Source of the DNA: Thermoplasmata archaeon
Lineage (GTDB): Archaea; Thermoplasmatota; Thermoplasmata; RBG-16-68-12; JAGMCJ01
Reading direction: 5' to 3'
DNA: 64,000 nt
Assembly (NCBI GenBank): GCA_046761045.1
Contig: JBHIFJ010000007.1
Coordinates: forward strand, 74-64,073
Position numbers and translations under genes: made by a program. Under the pieces are notes generated by a model. That model saw only the letters and a program-made list of their open reading frames with translations. It was not told where the DNA came from and ran no database searches. This document shows positions 53,858-63,008 of the stretch, one piece after another; positions within the stretch are counted from its first letter, which is position 1, and each line of letters opens with the position of its first letter.

Positions 53858-54241
53858 ATGAAGGAAGTCAACGAGCGGGTTACCCTCAGACTGGAGAAAG
53901 ACAACCTGGAAAGGATGGATTCTTTCTTGCAGGACAGCAAGGAGTTTGCGAATCGTTCACAGTTGCTGAGGGTTGCCGTCAAGAGCTTCATTGACCGCTC
54001 AGAGAAGGCCCAAGAAGAGGTGTCTGTGAAGATACCAGCAAGATACCTTGAGTACATCGACGCACAGATCAAGGGTGGCTATTTCCAGTCTCGGGAGCAT
54101 GCCGTTTTGAAAAGCATTGAGGAGTTCCTCAGTCCCGAGGGAGTTGAAAGAATTGAAACGCACAAGAAGAGGATGGGAATAGCCTCAGGCAGGATCGTCT
54201 CCGTGGACTACGGTGACAGAAGAGAACCTCTCGAGCGATAG
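53858..54241 (+). CDS. Tandem ribbon-helix-helix regulator, CdrS-like
   Basis: ERVTLRL....LE.MD......EFANRSQLLRVAV followed by a second RHH EVSVKIP..YLE.ID..IKGGYF.SR. Lies upstream of an ftsZ homolog. Confidence 0.8.
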   Translation: MKEVNERVTLRLEKDNLERMDSFLQDSKEFANRSQLLRVAVKSFIDRSEKAQEEVSVKIPARYLEYIDAQIKGGYFQSREHAVLKSIEEFLSPEGVERIETHKKRMGIASGRIVSVDYGDRREPLER

Positions 54242-54392
54242 AACGGGGACGTGCACGGCGCGGAAGTTTGTGATCTGACGCTAGCCGGAAAAATGGAAAA
54301 GCGAGGGGGCCTCAAAGGCACTGCTCACTGAAGGGATGGGATGCATACCTTCGAGGCACAAACTTCCAAGCGCACACTCTCGGAGGCAACTG

Positions 54393-55196
54393 ATGAACAC
54401 AGTAGCGCAACAGGAAATTGTGAACCACGTCATGGGAATTCTTTCGAAAGACCTACCCGAACCTCGGATTGTTGTTGTTGGGTGCGGCGGTGCGGGGTGC
54501 AATATCGTAGGTCAGGTCAAGGAGCGCTCCACGCTTGGCCTGGATGCTGTAGCGATAAACTCTGACGAAGAGGGCCTCGGAAGGGTCCTTTCGGACGTCA
54601 AGATCCGCTTGGGAAAGGGTCGCCGATTTGAAAATGGGGCTCAGGGCGATCCAGTGGTCGGACAAGAACTTGCAGAAGCCGCGAGGGAGAGCATCTCCTC
54701 GGCCATCAGGGCCGACATAGCCTTTCTCGTTGCAGGCCTTGGCGGGGGCATAGGAACAGGCTGTGCTCCAGTAGTTTCTCAGGCAATTCGAGAGACGGGG
54801 GCCGTTGTCATTGCCATACCGGTGATGCCCTTCTCCGCTGAGGGTCGGGATTCCATCGCGGAGAAGGGCCTCCGAGAACTGCGCTCGGTCGCTGACTCCA
54901 CTATAGTGCTCGAAAACGATTCTCTCCTCAAATTCGGAGAGAATACTCCCCTGGTGAGCGCCTTCTCGGTGCTGAATGGGGTCATCGCAGGCTTGGTTGA
55001 GTGTGTGATTGAGCGGATATCAAGAACGTTCCTTTCGGTTTTGGAGGACGAAGTTGAGTTGATGGCTAGGAACATCCAAATGGCTGTAGATGTTCAAGAA
55101 TCCGGGGAGGAAAGACTCGTTCCCCTCCCTCCGCTGGAGGCCCGTGGAGAAATGAACAGCTTTCCGAATGAATTCGACACGTTCGACACCGAATAG
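54393..55196 (+). CDS. Truncated/divergent FtsZ-family protein (GTP-binding N-domain only)
   Basis: VVGCGGAGCN, AINSD, GAQGDP.VG, GLGGGIGTG.AP, PF.AEG and NDSLL. No NxDxxD T7 loop or C-domain. SD GGAGG. Confidence 0.8.
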   Translation: MNTVAQQEIVNHVMGILSKDLPEPRIVVVGCGGAGCNIVGQVKERSTLGLDAVAINSDEEGLGRVLSDVKIRLGKGRRFENGAQGDPVVGQELAEAARESISSAIRADIAFLVAGLGGGIGTGCAPVVSQAIRETGAVVIAIPVMPFSAEGRDSIAEKGLRELRSVADSTIVLENDSLLKFGENTPLVSAFSVLNGVIAGLVECVIERISRTFLSVLEDEVELMARNIQMAVDVQESGEERLVPLPPLEARGEMNSFPNEFDTFDTE

Positions 55197-55243
55197 AGCC
55201 TACACTGTTATATTCCTGAAGCCCATGAGCGACCGGTGACAAG

Positions 55244-55663
55244 ATGACGGTAGCTACCGGCTCCATTGAGCTCAACACTCGGGGTGAGGTGGAAATCATC
55301 GATGTTACCAGTGAGGTCAAGCGGGTCGTGTCCGACTCAGGAATCCGGGACGGCATAGTCTGCGTATTCACCAAGAGTTCCACCAGCACCGTTACTACGA
55401 TTGAGTACGAACCAGGTCTTCTCAGGGATCTTCCTGCCGCCTTGGAACGACTATTCCCGAAGGACCTTGAGTATGGACATGAACAGATGTGGCATGATGG
55501 AAACGGACACAGCCATGTGCGGGCCTCCTTTTTGAAACCCAGCCTCACACTGCCTCTCATCGGCGGAGACCTGGTGCTCGGGACCTGGCAACAGATCGTA
55601 TTCGTGGAACTCGACAACAAGCGCAGAAACCGGAAGCTGATTGTTCAGACGGTCGGAGAGTAA
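55244..55663 (+). CDS. yjbQ: YjbQ/UPF0047 family protein
   Basis: IIDVT..V...SGI.DG, EYEPGL..D, DGNGHSHVRA and LGTWQQI..ELD. Confidence 0.92.
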   Translation: MTVATGSIELNTRGEVEIIDVTSEVKRVVSDSGIRDGIVCVFTKSSTSTVTTIEYEPGLLRDLPAALERLFPKDLEYGHEQMWHDGNGHSHVRASFLKPSLTLPLIGGDLVLGTWQQIVFVELDNKRRNRKLIVQTVGE

Positions 55664-55754
55664 TCGGCCATCGAGTCTCAAACCTTCACCCTGTCCCCTA
55701 ACAAGGATTGCTTGAACCGGGATTTTATATGGGGTTGTGGACATCTAGCCCGGA

Positions 55755-57116
55755 GTGCCTATGTCCGTTTCTGGCCGGATGGGGCAGGGGAGGATTAACC
55801 TCTACGTTCTGTCGACACTTTCCTTCCTGATAAGCCTTGGTTTTGGCCTGATAGCACCCTTCCTTCCTTTCTATGCAGAGTTCCTGGGAGCTGATGCTGT
55901 CGCCATTGGGGTTCTGCTCTCTTCTTTCATGATTACGCGCGCCTTGCTGGCAACACCCTTCGGCAATCTCTCGGACAACATCGGACGTAAGAAGATTGTC
56001 GGTGTCGGTTCGGTGATGTATGCGTTGATGGCCTTCTTCTTCACTCTTCCGGGGGAATGGGTGGGCTTGATATTCGTCAGGGCCTTCCAGGGAGTGGCGT
56101 CCGCAATGGTGTGGCCAGTCGGAGAAGCGCTTCTCGTGGATTCCGTGCCAGATGGGCAGAGAGGGCGAGCTATGGGATTCTACATATTCGCCGCCAATCT
56201 GGGTTGGGTCTTGGGACCACTAATCGGTGGGGCGCTCCTCTTCATCGGACAGAATGTGCTCTTGTTGGACACGCTCTCAAGCTATCGGTTCCCGTTCTAC
56301 GTTCTCGCCATCCTCTCCTTGTTTGCCTCAGGGCTCTTCTTCGCGACTGTCAAGGACATAGTCGAACCCAAGGGACGCTCCTCGAGGGGGCGGATTGAGA
56401 CTCGAAAAGAACGCGCCAAGACTGTCTTGGATCGCAGAACGCATTCCGAACTGAGGATTCTTTATCTCAACAGTCTCGTCAACGGCTTTAGCATGGGGAT
56501 ACTGAGCTTCATCACCGTTCTGTTCATGAAGGACATCTTGAACATTGAGGAGTATCTGATTGGGATAGTGATAGGCCTCACCGGTTCGATTGGCTTGATA
56601 GCCAACATCCCTGCTGGTAGACAGGCGGACAGGGTGGGGCGAAGACCCGTTCTTCTTCTCGGAGGCTACCTGGCAAGGTTTGCTTCTTTGATTCTCCCAT
56701 TCTCAGGATTCCTCCCGCTTCGTGCGTTAGGAACGGCCGCGTCTCTTGCCTCTCCCACTCTCTACGGTTTCATAGCGGTCGGCGGGCTACTGGGATTTCG
56801 GTTCTTCGCATTTCAGATCAGCCAGCCAGCAATGAGGGCCCTGCAGGCCGACATAATCCCGAAACCGATTCGAGGGAAACTGATAGGTCTGATGCAGACG
56901 ATGTTCAACACAGGCGCCATAATCGGAGCTCCTGTCGGAGGAGCGCTGTACATGGCCTTCGAAGGGAAGTCGTTGGGGCTCTCTCCTTTCGTGTTCCCCG
57001 GAGAAGGGTTTCCATTCATCATTTCGGCAATCCTGGGATTCATCACTCTGACGCTGATTCTGATCTATGTGAGGGAGCCCGTGAGGGCCAGGAAGGTGAA
57101 GCAAGAAATAATATAG
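55755..57116 (+). CDS. MFS transporter
   Basis: G.LSD.IGRK and GRQADRVGRR motif A, RAFQG, RGRAMG, about 12 TM helices. Confidence 0.92.
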   Translation: MPMSVSGRMGQGRINLYVLSTLSFLISLGFGLIAPFLPFYAEFLGADAVAIGVLLSSFMITRALLATPFGNLSDNIGRKKIVGVGSVMYALMAFFFTLPGEWVGLIFVRAFQGVASAMVWPVGEALLVDSVPDGQRGRAMGFYIFAANLGWVLGPLIGGALLFIGQNVLLLDTLSSYRFPFYVLAILSLFASGLFFATVKDIVEPKGRSSRGRIETRKERAKTVLDRRTHSELRILYLNSLVNGFSMGILSFITVLFMKDILNIEEYLIGIVIGLTGSIGLIANIPAGRQADRVGRRPVLLLGGYLARFASLILPFSGFLPLRALGTAASLASPTLYGFIAVGGLLGFRFFAFQISQPAMRALQADIIPKPIRGKLIGLMQTMFNTGAIIGAPVGGALYMAFEGKSLGLSPFVFPGEGFPFIISAILGFITLTLILIYVREPVRARKVKQEII

Positions 57117-57144
57117 GACAGGCAGCTATATTCGCGGGGAGTGT

Positions 57145-58014
57145 ATGATCTCCAGAGACGTGCAGAATGAGCGGTCCGAGAACAGGTTCATACTCACGCG
57201 CGTGGGTGTGACTGACGTCAAGAAACCTGTCCGGGTAAGGAGGCCGGATCGGGTGACCACACTGACTGTCGACTTGGATGTTTTCGTTGATTTGCCATCT
57301 TCGATGAAGGGCAGTCACATGTCCCGCAACCTGGAGGCAATAGGCGAGATTGTGGACAGCTCCGTGAGGCAGCCCGTTGCGGGCCTGGAGGACCTTTCGC
57401 TCATGATATGCAGGAGACTCCTGGACAGGCATGAATACGCCTCGTACTCAGAGGCTAGGGCAAGCGCGTATTACTTCCTCGAGAAGGAGACACTACTCGG
57501 TAAGAAGAGCCTCGAGAGATACAAGCTCGTGGCAAGGGCCGAGGTCAAGAGGGGGAATGACTTCCAGACGAAGAAGTCGATTGGCGTTGAGGTCGTTGGC
57601 ATGACGACTTGTCCCTGTGCCATGGAAACGGTCAGTGGCGGTGCGAAAAACCTGTCAAGAATCGAACAGGCAATAACGCACAATCAGAGGAACAGGACCT
57701 TCGTGATGATGGATGTCCCGGAAGGAATGACGGTTGAGGCCGACGACCTTGTCCAGGTAGTGGAGGATTCGATGAGCAGCCCAACATTCGAAATACTGAA
57801 AAGGGAGGACGAAGCGGAGCTAGTCAAGAAAGCGCATCTGAATCCCAGATTCGTCGAGGATGTCGTTCGAGGCGTTCTTATGAGGATTCTTGAGAGATAT
57901 GCAGACCTCCCTGACTTTGTTCAGGTGCAGGTGAAGAGCGAAAGTGAGGAATCGATACACAAGCACAATGCGTTTGCTGAGAGGGTGACGACCCTCGGTG
58001 AACTGCGAAGGTAG
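57145..58014 (+). CDS. mptA: GTP cyclohydrolase MptA (FolE2 family)
   Basis: DVQ, L.RVGV..V.K, KGSHMSR, GMT.CPCA, THNQR, NPRFVED.VR and ESIH.HNA.AE. Confidence 0.92.
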   Translation: MISRDVQNERSENRFILTRVGVTDVKKPVRVRRPDRVTTLTVDLDVFVDLPSSMKGSHMSRNLEAIGEIVDSSVRQPVAGLEDLSLMICRRLLDRHEYASYSEARASAYYFLEKETLLGKKSLERYKLVARAEVKRGNDFQTKKSIGVEVVGMTTCPCAMETVSGGAKNLSRIEQAITHNQRNRTFVMMDVPEGMTVEADDLVQVVEDSMSSPTFEILKREDEAELVKKAHLNPRFVEDVVRGVLMRILERYADLPDFVQVQVKSESEESIHKHNAFAERVTTLGELRR

Positions 58015-58050
58015 TGAAAAGATATAACTATCGAAGTCCATTCCCCACAG

Positions 58051-58230
58051 TTGAGTCTGATATTTCCCTGTCACATCTGCGGTAGGCCTGCCACGAATAC
58101 ATGCTCATCCTGCGGGAGGCCTGTTTGCAGGAACGATTTTGACTTCTGTGCGACAATGTGTAAGGCCTGCCTTTCAAAAAGGGCGGAGCCAGAGGAGCGC
58201 AGAGAATTCGAATCTGTCTCACTTGAGTAG
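58051..58230 (+). CDS. Small Cys-rich zinc-finger protein (59 aa, absent from the ORF track)
   Basis: TTG start: MSLIFPCHICGRPATNTCSSCGRPVCRNDFDFCATMCKACLSKRAEPEERREFESVSLE. TATA-like AAAAGATATAA ~25 nt upstream. Confidence 0.7.
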   Translation: MSLIFPCHICGRPATNTCSSCGRPVCRNDFDFCATMCKACLSKRAEPEERREFESVSLE

Positions 58231-58710
58231 TCTGACCGCCTCCTCACGTTCTATGCCCAAGGCTCGAAGAAGATACTCCAAGGATTTCGAGGCAATCATG
58301 TCCTTTGTCTTCTCATCGAGGAACTTCTCCATGATGACCGGCGCCCTGGCGTAATACTGGATTGCGAACTCCGAAAGGTAGTATGGCGCGCTGTCAGGAT
58401 CGAGTTCGCTGGCCTTCACATAGTACTCCTCGGCTTCTTTGAATCTCCCTGCATCCATGCAGAAGGAGGCGTAAGCTTCGAGATATTGTGGGTTCTCCGG
58501 ATCTAGCTCAATTGCCCTCTTGTACAGCTCGGTGATGTCCTCAGGCTTGACCTTCGGATTTCCAAAGCTAGCCTCTGCTTTTCCAAAGAATCCTCTTGCG
58601 TTAGTCGGATCCATCTTTGTGGCCTTGTTGAAATGCTTGAGAGCCTCGTCGTACTGGGACATCCCCAGCAATCTTTCGCCGTTCGCAATCTCCTCATCAG
58701 CCTCCTTCAT
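58219..58710 (-). CDS. TPR-repeat protein
   Basis: Repeats YDEALKHFNKATKMDP, YKRAIELDPEN and FKEAEEYYVKASELDP. Confidence 0.88.
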   Translation of the reverse strand: MKEADEEIANGERLLGMSQYDEALKHFNKATKMDPTNARGFFGKAEASFGNPKVKPEDITELYKRAIELDPENPQYLEAYASFCMDAGRFKEAEEYYVKASELDPDSAPYYLSEFAIQYYARAPVIMEKFLDEKTKDMIASKSLEYLLRALGIEREEAVRLLK

Positions 58711-58845
58711 GAGCGATCCTCTCGAGCATCGTATTGACGACAGCGGGATAAAAGTTTGCTCATTCAGTCGGATGGATTATCACCACTGATAATCTTGACG
58801 AAATTGCCTTATCAACTGAGGCGGCTCTTCTGTCACGTTCAGTCC

Positions 58846-59112
58846 ATGAAATCTGGAGCATATCTGGAACTGAAGCTCAAAGGGAGAGCCCGCCCGCCTG
58901 ACTCCGTCGTATCCGCGACTCGTCCATACGGTTGGTTTGTTCGGGGAGACAGACTGGTCTATCCTCTGAGTGGTAAGGAATTCAGCTCTAGCTATTCAAA
59001 GAGAGTTCTGATGACGCTTGAGGCCCTGAACAGGGCCAGCTACGTCATGAAGGTCTTGAGAATGCAGTACAAGATCAGTCTGCAAGGGAGGTCCAAGACA
59101 TCGCAGATGTAG
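58846..59112 (+). CDS. Hypothetical protein
   Basis: 88-aa ORF filling the gap between the TPR gene and the end of pheS. No motif recognised. Confidence 0.4.
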   Translation: MKSGAYLELKLKGRARPPDSVVSATRPYGWFVRGDRLVYPLSGKEFSSSYSKRVLMTLEALNRASYVMKVLRMQYKISLQGRSKTSQM

Positions 59113-59113
59113 C

Positions 59114-60649
59114 CTAGAAGATGGGCGCAGCCCTCTTCAGCCACTCAATGTCGCTCACGTATATTCTGCGCATATCTGTTGTGTTGGTGAGGGCCATCAC
59201 GAGTCTTTCCAGGCCCAGTCCCCAGGCAAGGACCGGATGCTTCACGCCGAAGGGATGCGTGACCTCTGGTCTGAATATGCCAGCTCCACCTAGCTCCACC
59301 CATTCTCCCTCCAGATACATCTCCACCTCCAAGCTGGGCTCCGTGTATGGGAAGTAGCCTGGTCGGATGTTGATTCTGTCGTATCCCATCCTGCCGTAGA
59401 ATTCCCGCAGAACTCCGATGAGCATGGCGAGGTTGGCCCCCTCTTCCATCACAATCCCCTCGACCTGAATGAACTCAGGAAGATGCGTGGAATCCATTGC
59501 CTCCCGCCTGAAGTTCCTACCGACAGAAAAGACCTTGATCGGGGGATCAGGATGCTCCGAAAGATACCTGAGTGTGTTCACGGTTGTGTGCGTTCTGAGT
59601 ATGGCTTTCTTGGCCTCATTGACATCCCATTTGTACTTCCAGCCCTCGGAGGCAGTGTCCCCGCCCGACTCGTGCATCTCCCTAATCCTCTGCACCAGTT
59701 CATCAGGAGGAAGTGGCAGTGTCTCCGGCCTCGACAGATAGAAGGTGTCCTGCATATCCCTTGCTGGATGGTCTTGAGGCTGGAAGAGTGCGTCGAAGTC
59801 CCAGAAGGAGAGTTCCACGAAGTCGCCTTCGATCTCTTCGAAACCCATCTCCGCGAAGATCCTCTTGACCTTTCTGATGTATTCCACAAGGGGATGTTTT
59901 CTGCCGCCAAATACATGGGGAGCGAAGGCCGCTATGTCATACTTCCTAAAGCTGACCTCCTTCCACTTCCCTGTCTGTAGGAGTTCCGGGGTCAACTGGG
60001 CGACTTCTTCCTTCATCTCCACGCCTTTTCGAAGGCACTCCTTCCCAAGGTCTGTGAGCGAGATCTCCCGGAGAACTTTCTCCCTCTCCTTGACGACCTC
60101 CTGGCGTCTTCTGAGCATCCGCATCACCTCGGGGTTCACCTCGCCTTCCGCCAGCTCCCTCTTCGAGAGGAGCTGAATGACCTCCTCATCCTCGCCTCTC
60201 TCCGTGACTGCTCTTTTCCCTTGGTCGGTTATCACAAGCACTGAGCGGCCATCCTCCTTCTCAATCGTCGCCCAGCCCTTCTTCCTCATCCATCCAATGG
60301 CGATTTGAGCCTCTTTTGGAGAGAGCTTCGCCCTTTTCTCTAGCGACCTCAGGTCGATTCTGCCCCTCGCCTTCCTCAGGGCCTTCAAGGCTCTTCTTTC
60401 GGGAAGATTCTTCGTTGCCCATTGCTTCTTGGCCAGGGAATAGTATCGGACCACCCTTTCCTTGATTGCAACCAAACCCTTCGATTGGAGCCATGAAGCG
60501 CCGTTCATGACCTCGACAAGCTCCTTGAAGCCTCCACGCTTGAGAAGTTCCTCTGGAGAGGCTGTGCTCGCATCTCCAAACGCAAGAAGAACTCTCTTCT
60601 CGAGGAGACTCAGCTCATCGATTAGGTCCTCAATATCCATCACAACCAC
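59114..60649 (-). CDS. pheS: Phenylalanine--tRNA ligase alpha subunit (archaeal type)
   Basis: FDALFQPQDHPARDMQDTFY, LRTHTT, FRRE..D.THLPEF.Q.EG, YFPYTEPS and AWGLGLERL. Confidence 0.97.
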   Translation of the reverse strand: MVVMDIEDLIDELSLLEKRVLLAFGDASTASPEELLKRGGFKELVEVMNGASWLQSKGLVAIKERVVRYYSLAKKQWATKNLPERRALKALRKARGRIDLRSLEKRAKLSPKEAQIAIGWMRKKGWATIEKEDGRSVLVITDQGKRAVTERGEDEEVIQLLSKRELAEGEVNPEVMRMLRRRQEVVKEREKVLREISLTDLGKECLRKGVEMKEEVAQLTPELLQTGKWKEVSFRKYDIAAFAPHVFGGRKHPLVEYIRKVKRIFAEMGFEEIEGDFVELSFWDFDALFQPQDHPARDMQDTFYLSRPETLPLPPDELVQRIREMHESGGDTASEGWKYKWDVNEAKKAILRTHTTVNTLRYLSEHPDPPIKVFSVGRNFRREAMDSTHLPEFIQVEGIVMEEGANLAMLIGVLREFYGRMGYDRINIRPGYFPYTEPSLEVEMYLEGEWVELGGAGIFRPEVTHPFGVKHPVLAWGLGLERLVMALTNTTDMRRIYVSDIEWLKRAAPIF

Positions 60650-60675
60650 GAACGGTCACTTTCGATTTATTCTTT

Positions 60676-61794
60676 TCAGTCCCTAAGTATGAAATCCTGG
60701 ATTCTGTCCCTGGCCTCCTCCCGCTTCCTTTGGTGCTCGCCCAAGAACTCGGTGATTCTCTCAACAAGAATCTGCTTGCATTCCCCGCAAAGGATGTCAC
60801 CACCCTTGCACTTGCCGTAAAGCTCTTCGAGTTCCCCATCATCTGGCATGAAGAAATAGAGATAGTAGTGGTAGACCGTGCAGATGTCTGGGTCGGCTCC
60901 CAGTCTCCTTTGCTCCTCGACCGATACTCTGCCACCGGTGAATGCGTTGACTATCTTCCTTCCCACATCATCTGGCTCGTCGGTTGTGAACACGCTTGTC
61001 TGGGGAAGCGAGGCGGACATCTTGTCCCCGCCCGCCAGGCTGGGGAGCAGTTTGTTGTGGAGCAGCGCTGGCTTGTAGTATCCGAGCAGTGGGGCAACGT
61101 CTCTGGCGATTCTGAAATGTGGATCTTGGTCTATCCCGCATGGAATCAGACATGCCACGTTTCTGCCCTCGAGTTCAGACTCCAAGAAGCAAGGAACAGC
61201 TTGCACGCTCGTGTAGAAGATGCTTCCAATGTTGTAGCTGCCGTTGAACCCAAATACCGCGCGTACCGTGGAGAATGTTATCTTCCGGGCAACGCTGATG
61301 GCAATTGGATAGAGTGTGTGAATGAGTTCCGTGTCCAGAAAAATCTTCGTCAGCTTTGGATTGAATCCCAAGGCAATGACATCTAGCATGTTTTCGTAGG
61401 CGTAGTTCTTGGTATCTTCCCTCGTCAAGCCATTGTCGAACAGAAATTTCTCATCATCAGTCAGCTGGAAGTAAAACTTGACCTCGAAGTGATCCTGAAG
61501 CCACTTTGTGAGAATCCAAGGCAGCATATGGCCAAGATGAATATGTCCGGACGGACCGCGACCCGTGTAGAGGAAGAAGCCATGTCCCTTTTCGTATTCA
61601 CTCAGGATCCAGTCGAAGTCTCGATGAGAGTAGAATATTCCTCTCCTGATGAGATGATGAAGGGGCGAGGCATGCTTCTCCAATCTTTCGAGAAGCTCCT
61701 GAGAAACCAGTTGGGTCCCAAATCTCTCTACCAGCTCGTCGTAGTCGATTTGCCCCTTCACCTCCCAGGGCGTCACGGTGAAGTCTTCAGCCAT
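60676..61794 (-). CDS. trpS: Tryptophan--tRNA ligase
   Basis: VTPWEV.G.IDY, YTGRGPS..HLGH, GIDQDPHFR and KMSAS. ATG 61794. Confidence 0.97.
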   Translation of the reverse strand: MAEDFTVTPWEVKGQIDYDELVERFGTQLVSQELLERLEKHASPLHHLIRRGIFYSHRDFDWILSEYEKGHGFFLYTGRGPSGHIHLGHMLPWILTKWLQDHFEVKFYFQLTDDEKFLFDNGLTREDTKNYAYENMLDVIALGFNPKLTKIFLDTELIHTLYPIAISVARKITFSTVRAVFGFNGSYNIGSIFYTSVQAVPCFLESELEGRNVACLIPCGIDQDPHFRIARDVAPLLGYYKPALLHNKLLPSLAGGDKMSASLPQTSVFTTDEPDDVGRKIVNAFTGGRVSVEEQRRLGADPDICTVYHYYLYFFMPDDGELEELYGKCKGGDILCGECKQILVERITEFLGEHQRKREEARDRIQDFILRD

Positions 61795-61904
61795 GTGAGT
61801 CGTCTGTGAATGAGGCAACCTCATAATAACGTTTCTCTCTCGATTTCACGCAAGAGATTGTCGTGTCTGAAAAAATTTTATACCCTCAGGCCCTTCGTGG
61901 CACC

Positions 61905-62699
61905 ATGGGGGAGGCCATAACTACCGATTTTCTCGAGCGGGATAGGTATGACAGAATGAAAAGAATCCCTTGGATAAAGATGGACTCAATCAAAGAGGTT
62001 CAGATCCTAATTGTCGGTGCTGGTGCCCTTGGCAACGAGGTAGTCAAGGATATGATATTAGCGGGTTTCGCGGAAATGAGCCTAGTGGACATGGACCATG
62101 TGGCGAAATCAAATCTCAATCGATGCGTATTCTTCCGTGAAGGAGACTCAGAGAGGAGGCGATTCAAGGCAGAGGTCGTGGCAGAACGTGCGATGGAATT
62201 GAACCCTAGGGCGAAGGTCGCACCTCACACAACCCGAATCCAGGATATGCCGGAGGACTTCATTTCCTGCCATTCGATAGTCCTTGGGTGCCTGGATAAC
62301 GTTGCGGCAAGACTCCATCTGAATGCACACTGCTGTGATGACGGCATTCCATATATCGACGGGGCGATGGATGGTCTGATTGGCAAGGTCCAGGTTGTCT
62401 ATCCTCCAGAGACGCCCTGCCTTCAATGCGCGATGAACAAGACGCATGCAAGAATAATGGATCTCAGGTTCAGCTGTACCGGTGAGGATGTGACGTTCTT
62501 CGAACCGAAGATCGCGGCGGAGATTACCACTACGAGCGTCGTCTCCGCTGTTCAGGTCAGAGAAGCAATGAAGATCGCATCTGGTGCGAAGGCCGCAGTA
62601 CTCCAGAACATCTTCTACTACGACGGCTTCCGGAATGTGGCCGAAACACTGGAGGTTGCGAGAAATCCTGATTGTCCCCATCACGGCAACGAGCGATAG
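61905..62699 (+). CDS. E1-like ubiquitin-activating enzyme (ThiF/MoeB/UBA family)
   Basis: VGAGALG, D.D.V..SNLNR, KAE, CLDN..AR, Zn motifs CLQC and CPHH, candidate catalytic Cys in RFSCTG. TATA AAAATTTTATA ~25 nt before ATG 61905. Confidence 0.92.
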   Translation: MGEAITTDFLERDRYDRMKRIPWIKMDSIKEVQILIVGAGALGNEVVKDMILAGFAEMSLVDMDHVAKSNLNRCVFFREGDSERRRFKAEVVAERAMELNPRAKVAPHTTRIQDMPEDFISCHSIVLGCLDNVAARLHLNAHCCDDGIPYIDGAMDGLIGKVQVVYPPETPCLQCAMNKTHARIMDLRFSCTGEDVTFFEPKIAAEITTTSVVSAVQVREAMKIASGAKAAVLQNIFYYDGFRNVAETLEVARNPDCPHHGNER

Positions 62700-62711
62700 G
62701 TTTGTTCTTCG

Positions 62712-62754
62712 GAAAACCTTTAAGAATGTCTCAGCCAATAACTGCACGGGGGAG
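62712..62754 (+). promoter_or_regulatory. Candidate internal promoter and SD for the Ubl gene
   Basis: GAAAACCTTTAAGA (BRE/TATA-like) and GGGGGAG 5 nt before GTG. Confidence 0.5.
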
Positions 62755-62759
62755 TTCTT

Positions 62760-62999
62760 GTGACGACAAGAATCAGAGTCAAGAACGCTGAGACAGGATC
62801 CTCAGTGGAAATGGAGCTGGAAGCAGAGAACACGGTGGACGAGATAATAGAAAGCGCCGCTAGCTACTGGGAAGTATCTCCAGGTGCCTACGTGCTTCGT
62901 CGCGGGAAGACTGTTCTCCGTGGGCAATCGACGATTGTAGATGCAGAGATCCGTGAGGGTGATGTTGTTGAACTCATACCGGATCCAGAAGGCGGCTAG
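62760..62999 (+). CDS. Ubiquitin-like beta-grasp modifier with free C-terminal GG
   Basis: 79 aa. IRVKNAETGSSVEMELEAENTVDEI...VL...TI.DAEIREGDVVEL follows the ubiquitin pattern. Ends PEGG-stop. Confidence 0.9.
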   Translation: MTTRIRVKNAETGSSVEMELEAENTVDEIIESAASYWEVSPGAYVLRRGKTVLRGQSTIVDAEIREGDVVELIPDPEGG

Positions 63000-63008
63000 G
63001 CGGAGGAC

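Noticed and set aside
58051-58230. Zinc-finger microprotein as the RING E3 of the Ubl system
   Set aside because: Ligand spacing does not fit C3HC4/C3H2C3 and it is not in the operon; kept only as an unknown finger.
61905-62999. ThiF plus GG-protein as a ThiS/MoaD sulfur-transfer pair
   Set aside because: Adjacent E2 with catalytic Cys, a ubiquitin-like core, and no thiamine or molybdopterin genes nearby.
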